IMG/VR virus record: IMGVR_UViG_3300039039_000012
Direction: 5' to 3' (one strand)
DNA from: an uncultured virus (IMG/VR IMGVR_UViG_3300039039_000012)
Taxonomy: Duplodnaviria > Heunggongvirae > Uroviricota > Caudoviricetes > Crassvirales
Length of the DNA stretch: 35,487 nucleotides
In this document: positions 19,207 to 27,075 of the stretch, piece by piece
Position numbering within the stretch: the first letter of the stretch is position 1
Layout of the letters: every line of letters begins with the position of its first letter
Position numbers and translations under genes: made by a program
The notes under the pieces: generated by a model
Told to the model about the DNA's origin: nothing
The model's database searches: none
Seen by the model: only the letters and a program-made list of their open reading frames with translations

Positions 19207-19592
19207 AGTTACATTCTATTTTTGGTATAAATGGTCTTGCTAGAACTTGTTTATGTTGTGGTAAGATTATAGGTTATACTCCTATTGGAGATAATGTTGA
19301 TGAAGACCTTTCTAATAGTAAACAAATTGCTGATGCTACTGTATGTAAAGAATGCATAGATAAATTAGATAATGAAACTTGTTTTGTGGCTTGTGATGTT
19401 AATAAAGAAGGTTATGTAATTTCTACTTATGATACTTTATGGATTAAAAATAATGGTCTTAAAGAGTTTTTTAAAGAACTTGATTTAATACAACCTATTA
19501 ATATTATGCCTAAAGAACATTTCTATACTGTATTTGGTAATGTAATTAAAGATTTTTATAGTAATAAAGAAGATGAAAATAATAGAACCTAA
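19203..19592 (+). CDS. hypothetical zinc-binding protein
   Basis: CLCCG...VCKEC. Confidence 0.8.
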   Translation: MKLHSIFGINGLARTCLCCGKIIGYTPIGDNVDEDLSNSKQIADATVCKECIDKLDNETCFVACDVNKEGYVISTYDTLWIKNNGLKEFFKELDLIQPINIMPKEHFYTVFGNVIKDFYSNKEDENNRT

Positions 19593-20463
19593 AGTTGAAC
19601 TTTGGCGTCAAGAAGATGCTAAAGCTCATGTTGCTAGATGTGCTAGAGTTTGTTATGGAAAAGAAACAGGTAATGATGAAGCTACTGTTAAAAGATTAAT
19701 TAATAGTAAACATTGGAGTATGTTTCGTCATGAAACTGTATATGCTATGATTCCTATTGAATTATGGTATGGAAATTTTGGAGAAATTCTTAAGGGTTAT
19801 AAAGCTTCTCCTTATATTTCATGGGTTACTGTTAGAGATTATATATATGTTTCTACTAATGGTAATTTTATGTTAGATATAGAAAAATATGAACCTGTTT
19901 TATATAATGAAATTAATAATTATAGAGTTAGTGAAGAAGAATTTAATTCTTGTGAAACTGCTTATAATCTTTTTGCTCGTTGGACATTTTGTGTAGATAC
20001 TCAAATTAGTACTTCTCGTGAATTAAATAGAGTTAGTCCTAATAATATTGCTGAAAAATCTACTCGTTATGTTTACGAAGATGGTACTATTTGTAGACCT
20101 CATTGGATGAGTAATGATATAGCTAATCATTTTAATAATGAACCTATATTTGACGTATTTGACGAATGGATTGTTGAAAATGAAGAACATAAAAAAGTTT
20201 ATTTATATTATGATGCTTGTGAAAGTAGTTTTAATAAATATCACATTCTTATTGATGAATATAATATGAATCGTCAAGATGCTCGTGGTATTCTTCCTAT
20301 TGATACTGCTACTCGATGTGTTTATACATATTCTATTCTTGAATGGCGCGCTATTCTTGATTTACGTTATTATGGTACTACTGGTAATCCTCATCCAAAT
20401 GCCTATATTATTGCTAGTATGATTAGAGATGAATTAATGGAACTTGGTTATGACTTTAGATGA
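19573..20463 (+). CDS. thyX: flavin-dependent thymidylate synthase
   Basis: ARVCY, HWSMFRH, SRELNR...EKSTRY, DARGILP, LDLR. Confidence 0.88.
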   Translation: MKIIEPKVELWRQEDAKAHVARCARVCYGKETGNDEATVKRLINSKHWSMFRHETVYAMIPIELWYGNFGEILKGYKASPYISWVTVRDYIYVSTNGNFMLDIEKYEPVLYNEINNYRVSEEEFNSCETAYNLFARWTFCVDTQISTSRELNRVSPNNIAEKSTRYVYEDGTICRPHWMSNDIANHFNNEPIFDVFDEWIVENEEHKKVYLYYDACESSFNKYHILIDEYNMNRQDARGILPIDTATRCVYTYSILEWRAILDLRYYGTTGNPHPNAYIIASMIRDELMELGYDFR

Positions 20464-20752
20464 ATTTCGTAGACATCCTGCTTATGATTATTATATAAGA
20501 ACTCTTGTTTCAAATTGTCTTATATGTGAATTAGATAATAAGTTTGATTATAAATATAAAAATATTGTTTATATAAAACCAAATTTTGAAAATGAAACAA
20601 AAGATTATATAATACGTGTTCCTCGTGAGATTATTGAGGAAAGTGAAGAATATATTCAATTTCTTATTGCTTATGATAATTATAAAGATTTAGAATATAT
20701 TCGTAAAGATAATGAATTTTATTTTTATCTTAAAACTTATTCTAATGAGTGA
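20444..20752 (+). CDS. hypothetical protein
   Basis: 102-aa ORF in operon; start may be ATG20450. Confidence 0.75.
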   Translation: MVMTLDEFRRHPAYDYYIRTLVSNCLICELDNKFDYKYKNIVYIKPNFENETKDYIIRVPREIIEESEEYIQFLIAYDNYKDLEYIRKDNEFYFYLKTYSNE

Positions 20753-21005
20753 TATTAATCAACTTAAACATTTTGATGCTCTTGATTATAAAGGTGAATA
20801 TTTTACTAATGAACTAAAAGATGGTGAAGAATTTCTTTATTCTACTATTAAAATTCAAGATGATAGTAAAGTTACATTTCTATGTAAATATAATAAAAAT
20901 AAACATATTCAATCTTGTAATTATTGTCCATTAGCAAGATATCTTTGTCTTGGTATTGATTGTCGTGCTGTTATACTTAAACAAGTAAAATATGAAAAGA
21001 AATAA
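20745..21005 (+). CDS. small Cys-rich hypothetical protein
   Basis: ATG20745 (MSDINQLK); SCNYCPL...C...C. Confidence 0.7.
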   Translation: MSDINQLKHFDALDYKGEYFTNELKDGEEFLYSTIKIQDDSKVTFLCKYNKNKHIQSCNYCPLARYLCLGIDCRAVILKQVKYEKK

Positions 21006-21032
21006 ATTATTAATCATTTAAATATTAAAGTT

Positions 21033-21284
21033 ATGAAAAGAAGTTTTTATGGATTTAATAATCGTTTTAGAACTACTAAAAATACAGAAGTTGTTGTATT
21101 TGAAAAAGGTGGATTTGTTGGAAATCTTGGTTTAAGTAAAAAACTATTAAATAAATATGTTGAAGTTTGGAGAAAATATAAAACTGATACAGATAAAATG
21201 ACAGCTAGTGATTACACTCATTTATTTGGATATTTGAATCCTTATTATCGTGCTGCTTATTCAATTCCTAAACGTAAAAGATAA
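21033..21284 (+). CDS. hypothetical protein
   Basis: 83-aa ORF, TAATG overlap with the next gene. Confidence 0.75.
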   Translation: MKRSFYGFNNRFRTTKNTEVVVFEKGGFVGNLGLSKKLLNKYVEVWRKYKTDTDKMTASDYTHLFGYLNPYYRAAYSIPKRKR

Positions 21285-22063
21285 TGGCTAGTATTTATAA
21301 TATTACTTCTGAACTTGAGGATATATTTCTTGAGTTAGAAGAAAATGGAGGTGAATTAACTCCTGAACTTGAAGAACGCCTTGCTATTACACAAGATAAT
21401 CTTAAATCTAAACTTGATGGTTACCGTAAAGCATATACTATGTTTAATCTTGAAGCTGAATCTTGTAAAAAAGAAGAGCAACGATTAGCTGTTCTTCGTA
21501 AAACTAAAGAAAACAATGCTGAAAGACTTAAAGGAGTTATGCTTGATGCTGTTATTGCTTATGGAGATTTAGGTAAGTCTGGTAATAAAGTTATTAATTT
21601 AGTTGATAGTAAACTCTATACTAAGAATAGTAAATGTGTTGAAATTGATGAAAATCTTAATCAAATATTTATTGATTTAGTTCTTGAACATTTACAATCT
21701 CTTTGGGATAATGATATGATTGATAGTAATTTCTCATTTAGTAGAGATGTTCTTCTTGAACAAATTAATGATAAATTTACTGAAAGATATCCTGAACAAT
21801 CTGCTAGACTTAGAGAAGAAACTGGGGGTTATTTTACTCTTGATGATTTAGATTGTATTAAAGTTAAGTTTGAAATTGAAAAGCCTGTTGGTGATTTAGC
21901 TAATAAAATTAATTTTGATTTACTTAATACTTTCTTTAATCATCAACATGAAATGACTAGAAGTAGCAGTGTTAATAAAACTACTATGAAGAATATTCTT
22001 AATGATGGTAGAGATATTAGTATAGCTAAACTTGTTGAAAATACTAGTCTTATTATTAAATAA
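21284..22063 (+). CDS. Siphovirus Gp157-family protein
   Basis: MASIYNITSEL...NGGELTPELEE N-terminus, coiled coil, C-terminal 'AKLVENTSLIIK'. Confidence 0.75.
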   Translation: MASIYNITSELEDIFLELEENGGELTPELEERLAITQDNLKSKLDGYRKAYTMFNLEAESCKKEEQRLAVLRKTKENNAERLKGVMLDAVIAYGDLGKSGNKVINLVDSKLYTKNSKCVEIDENLNQIFIDLVLEHLQSLWDNDMIDSNFSFSRDVLLEQINDKFTERYPEQSARLREETGGYFTLDDLDCIKVKFEIEKPVGDLANKINFDLLNTFFNHQHEMTRSSSVNKTTMKNILNDGRDISIAKLVENTSLIIK

Positions 22064-22072
22064 TTTGGTTAT

Positions 22073-22130
22073 ACTCCCCGTAGAGGACAGAATTAAGTTC
22101 ATCCTCCACGGGGAGTCAACACTACTAATC
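22073..22130. repeat. closely spaced inverted pair of GC-rich motif (copies 8 and 9) plus CTACTAATC tail
   Basis: ACTCCCCGTAGAGGA 22073-22087, CATCCTCCACGGGGAGT 22100-22116, CTACTAATC 22122-22130. Confidence 0.9.
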
Positions 22131-22139
22131 TTGCTAATT

Positions 22140-22259
22140 ATGGAACTAGAAGAAAAAGTAAAAGAATTAATAAAATGGTATATGGATACTTATGGTGTTA
22201 ATAAAGACCAAGCTGTTAGAGATATTGAAAGTGTTATATTACGTATAAGTCATAAATAA
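22140..22259 (+). CDS. 39-aa small protein
   Basis: ATG22140 MELEEKVKELIKWYMDTYGV..., ends 1 nt before the next ATG. Confidence 0.6.
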   Translation: MELEEKVKELIKWYMDTYGVNKDQAVRDIESVILRISHK

Positions 22260-22260
22260 T

Positions 22261-23322
22261 ATGTATAAAGTAAAAGGTAAACCTTGGGCTTATTCTGGTG
22301 CTATTGATGTATCAGATTGTGCTACTGCTAAAGAAGTTATGCTTAAAGCTGGACTTAATTTTAATGTAGCTAAATGTGAACTAGTTGGTAAAATGCCTAT
22401 TAAACTTACTGGAACTGATGAAGAACTTGACAGAATTATTAAAGAACAAAAAGAAGGCGCTCATGTTTTTGGTACTGATATTTATCGTAAGTGTTATAAC
22501 GCCTTTGCTACCTATCGTACTGATTACAATATTCCTTTAGGTGTTGTTAAAAGTAAATATACTATTGTACAAAACAATGATGCTTTTAATTTCTTTGATG
22601 ACGCTATTGGTAAAAATTCTGCTATTTGGCAAACTGCTGGATTTTGGGGAAATGGTGAGAGAATATTTGTAAGTGCTAAACTTCCTAATAATATTCTTGT
22701 TAAAGGTGACCCTGTTGAAAATTATCTAGTATTTACTAATACTCATGATGGTAGTGGTGGAGTTAAGATTTTATTTACTCCTATTAGAGTTGTTTGTCAA
22801 AATACTCTTAATGCTGCTATTCGTTCTAGTAGTAATTATGTTAGTTTTCGACATACAACTAGTGTTCATAATAAGATTTCTGTTGCACAAGAAATACTTG
22901 GAATTAGTAAAATTAAATCTGAAGAATTTGGTCAATATTGTAATTTACTTGCTGATATTAAAGTTACTGACGAAGATGTAATTCAATTTATTGGAGAAAA
23001 TCTTCTTACTAGTGATGAAATTCAACGTCTAAAAGATACAGGTCATACTATTAAAGATATTGCTTATCGTAGCGGTTTAGCTTTAACTGATAGTAAAATA
23101 AGTAGTAGAAAAATGAATGTTATTTCTGATACTTATAGTTATTATTTTGATGGTCCAGGTCAAAGAGATATTCTTGGTACGGCTTGGGGTGCAGTTAATG
23201 CTATTAGTGGGTATTACTCTAATATAGATAATATTGAAGGTACTAAACGATTTGATAGTATTTGCTATGGTGATAAATCAAGAAAAATAGAAAATGCTTT
23301 TGCTCTTGCAGAAGCTCTTTAA
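22261..23322 (+). CDS. DUF932-family phage/plasmid protein
   Basis: LGVVKSKYTIVQN, NTHDGSG, TPIRVVCQNTL, FRHT, GTAWGAVNAIS. Confidence 0.85.
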   Translation: MYKVKGKPWAYSGAIDVSDCATAKEVMLKAGLNFNVAKCELVGKMPIKLTGTDEELDRIIKEQKEGAHVFGTDIYRKCYNAFATYRTDYNIPLGVVKSKYTIVQNNDAFNFFDDAIGKNSAIWQTAGFWGNGERIFVSAKLPNNILVKGDPVENYLVFTNTHDGSGGVKILFTPIRVVCQNTLNAAIRSSSNYVSFRHTTSVHNKISVAQEILGISKIKSEEFGQYCNLLADIKVTDEDVIQFIGENLLTSDEIQRLKDTGHTIKDIAYRSGLALTDSKISSRKMNVISDTYSYYFDGPGQRDILGTAWGAVNAISGYYSNIDNIEGTKRFDSICYGDKSRKIENAFALAEAL

Positions 23323-23341
23323 TTTAATAATTTAATTATAT

Positions 23342-24010
23342 ATGGAAGTAAAAGTATTTAAACTAAAAGAGATTAAACTTCTTAGTGGAGATGTTGTAGA
23401 TGTAGAACAGTATTGTAATGTTCAACCTATTCTACCTGCTTATGGTAAAGAAGGTGATGCTTGTATGGATGTTTATCCTATTCATTATGAATATGATAGA
23501 GATAAAGATAGATTTATCTATCATACAGGTTTAGCATTTAATATTGGAGATGATGCTAATGGTGAACCTAATGAAATGTCTTTACGTCCTAGAAGTAATC
23601 TTACTAAATCTGATTTTTATATACCTAATTCTCCTTCTACTATTGATTGGGGTTATCGTGGAGAACTTTTGGTTGCTTTTAAGAATCGTACTTCTAGAGA
23701 TTTAGTTCATGCTGTATCTACTCTTGTTGAAGTAGTTGATAAACTTAGAGAACATATGCATTTACCTGATAGTATGGTTGGTAATGCTAGACTTAAACTT
23801 AATAATGTTAGAACTACAACTACTAATATTCTTGCTAAAGTTTCTACTCCGCCATATAATTGTGATGGTAAAGATAGATGTTGTCAACTTATTATTAATA
23901 GTGCTCAAAGAATTACTTGGAAAGAAGTTAAATCTATTGAAGAATTAGGAGAAAGTGAACGTGGAGACAAAGGATTTGGAGAAGGAACAGGTGGAGCAGC
24001 TAAAGCTTAA
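23342..24010 (+). CDS. dut: trimeric dUTPase with insertion
   Basis: motifs ACMDV, RPRS, TIDWGYRGE, DRCCQL, RGDKGFG. Confidence 0.88.
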   Translation: MEVKVFKLKEIKLLSGDVVDVEQYCNVQPILPAYGKEGDACMDVYPIHYEYDRDKDRFIYHTGLAFNIGDDANGEPNEMSLRPRSNLTKSDFYIPNSPSTIDWGYRGELLVAFKNRTSRDLVHAVSTLVEVVDKLREHMHLPDSMVGNARLKLNNVRTTTTNILAKVSTPPYNCDGKDRCCQLIINSAQRITWKEVKSIEELGESERGDKGFGEGTGGAAKA

Positions 24011-24221
24011 AGTTGGTGCTTGTTATATTCATAATAAAACGTCTAATGAATATGTTATTGATAATATTACTAAAATGAAACATCCAGATACAGGTGAATG
24101 GATTCCTGCTGTTATATATCATAAAACTAGCGAATCTGATATTTTATGGTGTAGAAGTGTTGAAAGTTTTAAAAGTCATTTTAGTGATGCTAAAGTTGAA
24201 GGAGATGAAGTTTATCTATGA
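23955..24221 (+). CDS. DUF1653-like protein
   Basis: G..YIH.K...Y, HPDTGE..VIY, LWCRSVESF; start uncertain (GTG23955 or GTG23991). Confidence 0.7.
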   Translation: MNVETKDLEKEQVEQLKLKVGACYIHNKTSNEYVIDNITKMKHPDTGEWIPAVIYHKTSESDILWCRSVESFKSHFSDAKVEGDEVYL

Positions 24222-24487
24222 AAAAGTTAATACTATTTTATTTACCTGATTGTAATGTTAGTAAACTTTTTGAAGAAAGGCTTCACAAAGCTCTTGCTCT
24301 TACTGAGTTTGCCGGTAGGTTTAATATTATTAGGTATAATCTATATACTGATAATGGTAGACAAGAGGCTAGGAGTATTGGTGTTAATGACGCTCCTACT
24401 GCTTATTGTAACGGGTCTGTGCTTCGTGGTGTGCAAAGTGATTACTCTATTAGGAAGTATCTTCGGAGCATATTAGAACAGCCATAG
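24218..24487 (+). CDS. thioredoxin/glutaredoxin-fold protein (CxxS)
   Basis: LFYLPDCNVS; GVNDAPT cis-Pro loop; G...RG. Confidence 0.7.
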   Translation: MKKLILFYLPDCNVSKLFEERLHKALALTEFAGRFNIIRYNLYTDNGRQEARSIGVNDAPTAYCNGSVLRGVQSDYSIRKYLRSILEQP

Positions 24488-24493
24488 ACCTGT

Positions 24494-24576
24494 TTCTTTT
24501 GCCCTACATTGAATTTTAATACTTAATGTGATTAATCTATCACGCTTTGATTATCATTCAATGTAGGGCTTTAAAA
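24494..24576. repeat. intergenic hairpin element, copy C
   Basis: perfect 14-bp inverted repeat GCCCTACATTGAAT 24501-24514 / ATTCAATGTAGGGC 24556-24569 enclosing GTGATTAATCTATCAC. Confidence 0.88.
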
Positions 24577-24616
24577 TAACCAATTTTATAAATTCTCATT
24601 ATATTATATAAATATT

Positions 24617-25210
24617 ATGGTTAAAATTGAATTTTATTATAGAAGTGCTGATAAAGATAAAACAGAAGTTATGCGAGAAGCTATTGATATAGCTTTATTT
24701 GGTACTAATGTTCAATGTAATTTTAAAAATCTTCCTGACCATCTTATTCTTGAAGATATGATACTTGAAAAGGCTGTTGCTGGTAAGAATATTACTGAAT
24801 ATCCTACTTGTATTATATATCGAGATGATACAGAATATAAAAGATATAGTAATTCTGTTACTTGGGAAGAACTTCGTAATGATATTAATTATCTTACTGG
24901 AGATGAACCTACAAGACAAACAAATAATATATTTGTTGAAGCGTTTATTGATGAACATGATTGTATAACTCGTGCTAAATGTGCTGATGCTATTGCTTGG
25001 ATGTGGAAATATCAAAATACTAAAGTAGAATATATTCAAACTAATGTTGATAATCCGAATAAGTTTGCTGTTGTAATTAAAGATAGTTGGAGAACTTATG
25101 CTACTTATGTATATTCTGATAGTCTTACTACTGAAATGATTAAGAATACTCTTCTTAGAGTTCCTAATACTATTAAAGAAGCTGTTAAAAATAATGCTAT
25201 TGTGTTATGA
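24617..25210 (+). CDS. thioredoxin-fold-like protein lacking an N-terminal CxxC
   Basis: KIEFYY start and 'NITEYPTCIIYRD..EYKR' cis-Pro segment. Confidence 0.6.
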   Translation: MVKIEFYYRSADKDKTEVMREAIDIALFGTNVQCNFKNLPDHLILEDMILEKAVAGKNITEYPTCIIYRDDTEYKRYSNSVTWEELRNDINYLTGDEPTRQTNNIFVEAFIDEHDCITRAKCADAIAWMWKYQNTKVEYIQTNVDNPNKFAVVIKDSWRTYATYVYSDSLTTEMIKNTLLRVPNTIKEAVKNNAIVL

Positions 25211-25476
25211 TACGTATTGATTGTTTTGTTAAAAGTGAATGTGATGCTTGTAAAATTGCAGTTAAAAGTATAACTAATGTTGTTAATGAAGCCAGTTGTG
25301 ATATTACTTTAAATATTAGAAAAATAAGTGAAGTTGCTACTAGTATTAAAAAGTTTCCTACTACTATTATATATAAAGAAACTTTATCGCATGAACTTAA
25401 AGAACTAGCTAGATTGGAAGGTAGTTTTTCTAGTGAATATATTGAAGATATTATTGATAAACTTGAAAAAGAATAA
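25207..25476 (+). CDS. thioredoxin-like protein (CxxC)
   Basis: ECDACK, IKKFPTTII, ELARLEG. Confidence 0.8.
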   Translation: MIRIDCFVKSECDACKIAVKSITNVVNEASCDITLNIRKISEVATSIKKFPTTIIYKETLSHELKELARLEGSFSSEYIEDIIDKLEKE

Positions 25477-25479
25477 ACT

Positions 25480-25629
25480 ATGACAGTTAAAGAACTTATA
25501 GAAACACTTAAGACTTGTGATGAAAAGTCTGAAGTAAAAGTTGAACATTGGAATAGTACAGTATCTTCTATTGAAGAAGTTATTGATTATAGTAAAGAAC
25601 TTAGTGAAGTTATTATAACTATTGAATAG
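25480..25629 (+). CDS. 49-aa small phage protein
   Basis: read by hand: MTVKELIETLKTCDEKSEVKVE...IITIE; the MTVKELIE.L start is common in small phage proteins. Confidence 0.7.
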   Translation: MTVKELIETLKTCDEKSEVKVEHWNSTVSSIEEVIDYSKELSEVIITIE

Positions 25630-25663
25630 TTAATACTGATGCTAATGGTTTATATGTTATATG

Positions 25664-25692
25664 TAAAGCTGGCTCTAATAGAGCTGGCTTTA
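25664..25692. terminator. hairpin, possible terminator
   Basis: TAAAGCTGGCTCT-AAT-AGAGCTGGCTTTA with two G-U pairs. Confidence 0.55.
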
Positions 25693-25714
25693 TTAAACTT
25701 AATGATTAGCTTGG

Positions 25715-25891
25715 ACCCGCTACGAGTGCTACGCACTCTTCGCTATACTCCCCGTAGAGGATGGAATGGTAGTTATGCTAGTAATATTAGTATAGTTATT
25801 AATAATAATGATTATATTGATTGAATGAATACTAGTCTATTCCATCCTCTACGGGGAGTTGAGCGTAGCGAAGCGGAGCGTTCTACTAATC
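25715..25891. other. symmetric element: motif copies 10 and 11 as a perfect 21-bp inverted repeat around an AT-rich core, with outward CGNAG triplets
   Basis: ACTCCCCGTAGAGGATGGAAT 25747-25767 / ATTCCATCCTCTACGGGGAGT 25839-25859. Confidence 0.9.
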
Positions 25892-25919
25892 CTTAAACTT
25901 ATAGTCGTTGGCATGACTG

Positions 25920-25965
25920 AAACCTCGGTAGCTAAGCTAGTCTTACTACTGGGGTTTATTTTTAT
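25920..25965 (+). terminator. intrinsic terminator-like hairpin
   Basis: AAACCTCGGTAG...CTACTGGGGTTT then ATTTTTAT. Confidence 0.65.
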
Positions 25966-25995
25966 CTTATTATTAAACTTAAATATATTATAATT

Positions 25996-26178
25996 ATGGT
26001 TGCATTTATTGTTCTTCTTGGAATTGTATTTGGTGGTGTTAAACTATTAGCAGTTGCTAATAATATTAGTGATAGTGAAGCTATGGATAAGTATAGTGGA
26101 AAACTATTTGTTGTTGGTATTATAGTTTTTATTATTCTTATGTGTGTTATTGGTAATAATGATGATGGTTTTAATTAA
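25996..26178 (+). CDS. small two-TM membrane protein
   Basis: 60 aa, two hydrophobic helices. Confidence 0.75.
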   Translation: MVAFIVLLGIVFGGVKLLAVANNISDSEAMDKYSGKLFVVGIIVFIILMCVIGNNDDGFN

Positions 26179-26333
26179 GATATTACTATTATTAATAATC
26201 ATATAGGCTATGCGCCTACGCACAAAGGTTGCACCTTTGATTGGCTTATAGAATAGACTAGATATTCGTAGTCGTTAAAGTGCTGATAATCAGCATAAAA
26301 GCTATGTTAAATCAACACCCGTAGTATGACTGA

Positions 26334-26368
26334 TACAAAGATTAGTAGAACTAGTACAAAGATTAGTA
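26334..26368 (+). repeat. 14-bp direct repeat with 21-bp period (iteron-like)
   Basis: TACAAAGATTAGTA at 26334-26347 and 26355-26368. Confidence 0.8.
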
Positions 26369-26389
26369 TAATTTTTTATTCTATTAACA

Positions 26390-26417
26390 TTTGATATAGT
26401 TATATTTTTTATCTTTG
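26390..26417 (+). promoter_or_regulatory. probable host-type promoter of repL
   Basis: TTTG 26390-26393 and TATCTTTG 26410-26417 (16-nt spacer, shorter than usual). Confidence 0.55.
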
Positions 26418-26437
26418 GAATATAAAATTATATTCTT

Positions 26438-27004
26438 ATGCCTACATTTAAATCTATTAGTAAAAGTAATAAATCTAATAATAGTATAGTTAATTATGCT
26501 ATTAATGATGTTAATACAGTAGCTATTGTAACAAAAGATGGTGAAATTATTGATAAGAAAGATGTTCTTGTCATGTATGCTGATTCTAAAAGTCATAAAC
26601 AACTTATTGATGAACAAAAGAAAAGATTATATTTTAAAGTGTTTATTGATACTTTAGGTAATATTTATAATCTTACTAATAATGAAAAAAATGTTTTATT
26701 TTATATTAATAGTCATGTTCTTTTAACAAGACAAAAACCAGATAAAACTAAACTTTATTTTTCAGTTAATGCTATGTTTTATGACGATTGTGAAGAAGAA
26801 ACTAAAGTTCCAAAACCATCTATAAAATCAGCATTATCTAGTCTTAAAGATAAAGGATTTATTAATCATTATAAAGATAAAGAGGATAAATGTGTTAAAG
26901 GTTGTTATGTTGCTAATCCTAAATATATTTATAGTGGTACTCCTGAAGATTATGTTAATGATTGCTTTGAACTTCAAACTAAAGGTATTCTTGTATTAAT
27001 ATAA
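26438..27004 (+). CDS. repL: RepL-like plasmid replication initiator (winged HTH)
   Basis: LTNNEKNVLFYI...PSIKSALSSLKDKGFI...GCYVANPKYIYSG matches the RepL pattern; position matches crAssphage. Confidence 0.72.
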   Translation: MPTFKSISKSNKSNNSIVNYAINDVNTVAIVTKDGEIIDKKDVLVMYADSKSHKQLIDEQKKRLYFKVFIDTLGNIYNLTNNEKNVLFYINSHVLLTRQKPDKTKLYFSVNAMFYDDCEEETKVPKPSIKSALSSLKDKGFINHYKDKEDKCVKGCYVANPKYIYSGTPEDYVNDCFELQTKGILVLI

Positions 27005-27008
27005 AAGT

Positions 27009-27057
27009 AAAAGGGCTTGTCTAGGTAGTGATACCATAGGCAAGCCCTTATTTTTTT
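27009..27057. terminator. bidirectional terminator between convergent gene blocks
   Basis: AAAAGGGCTTGTCTA-GGTA-GTGA-TACC-A-TAGGCAAGCCCTT-ATTTTTTT. Confidence 0.85.
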
Positions 27058-27075
27058 ACTAGATTCAAGTCCAAC

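Noticed and set aside
732..24968. Leu/Met-rich same-strand alternative-frame ORFs (e.g. 732, 2210, 4143, 11779, 16336, 16889, 22745)
   Set aside because: Frame-shifted artefacts of the same codon bias
26202..26295. tRNA gene
   Set aside because: No T-loop or D-loop consensus and wrong arm sizes; no tRNA was recognised anywhere in the window
26314..26330. ACACCCGTAGTATG (and ACTCCCAAAGAGG at about 11865) as further motif copies
   Set aside because: Too many mismatches to separate from chance
704..26617. Many 60-170-aa minus-strand ORFs opposite + strand genes, and + strand ORFs inside the vRNAP gene
   Set aside because: Ile/Phe/Asn/Ser-rich shadow frames produced by the strong NNT codon bias; no motifs, and fully overlapping real genes
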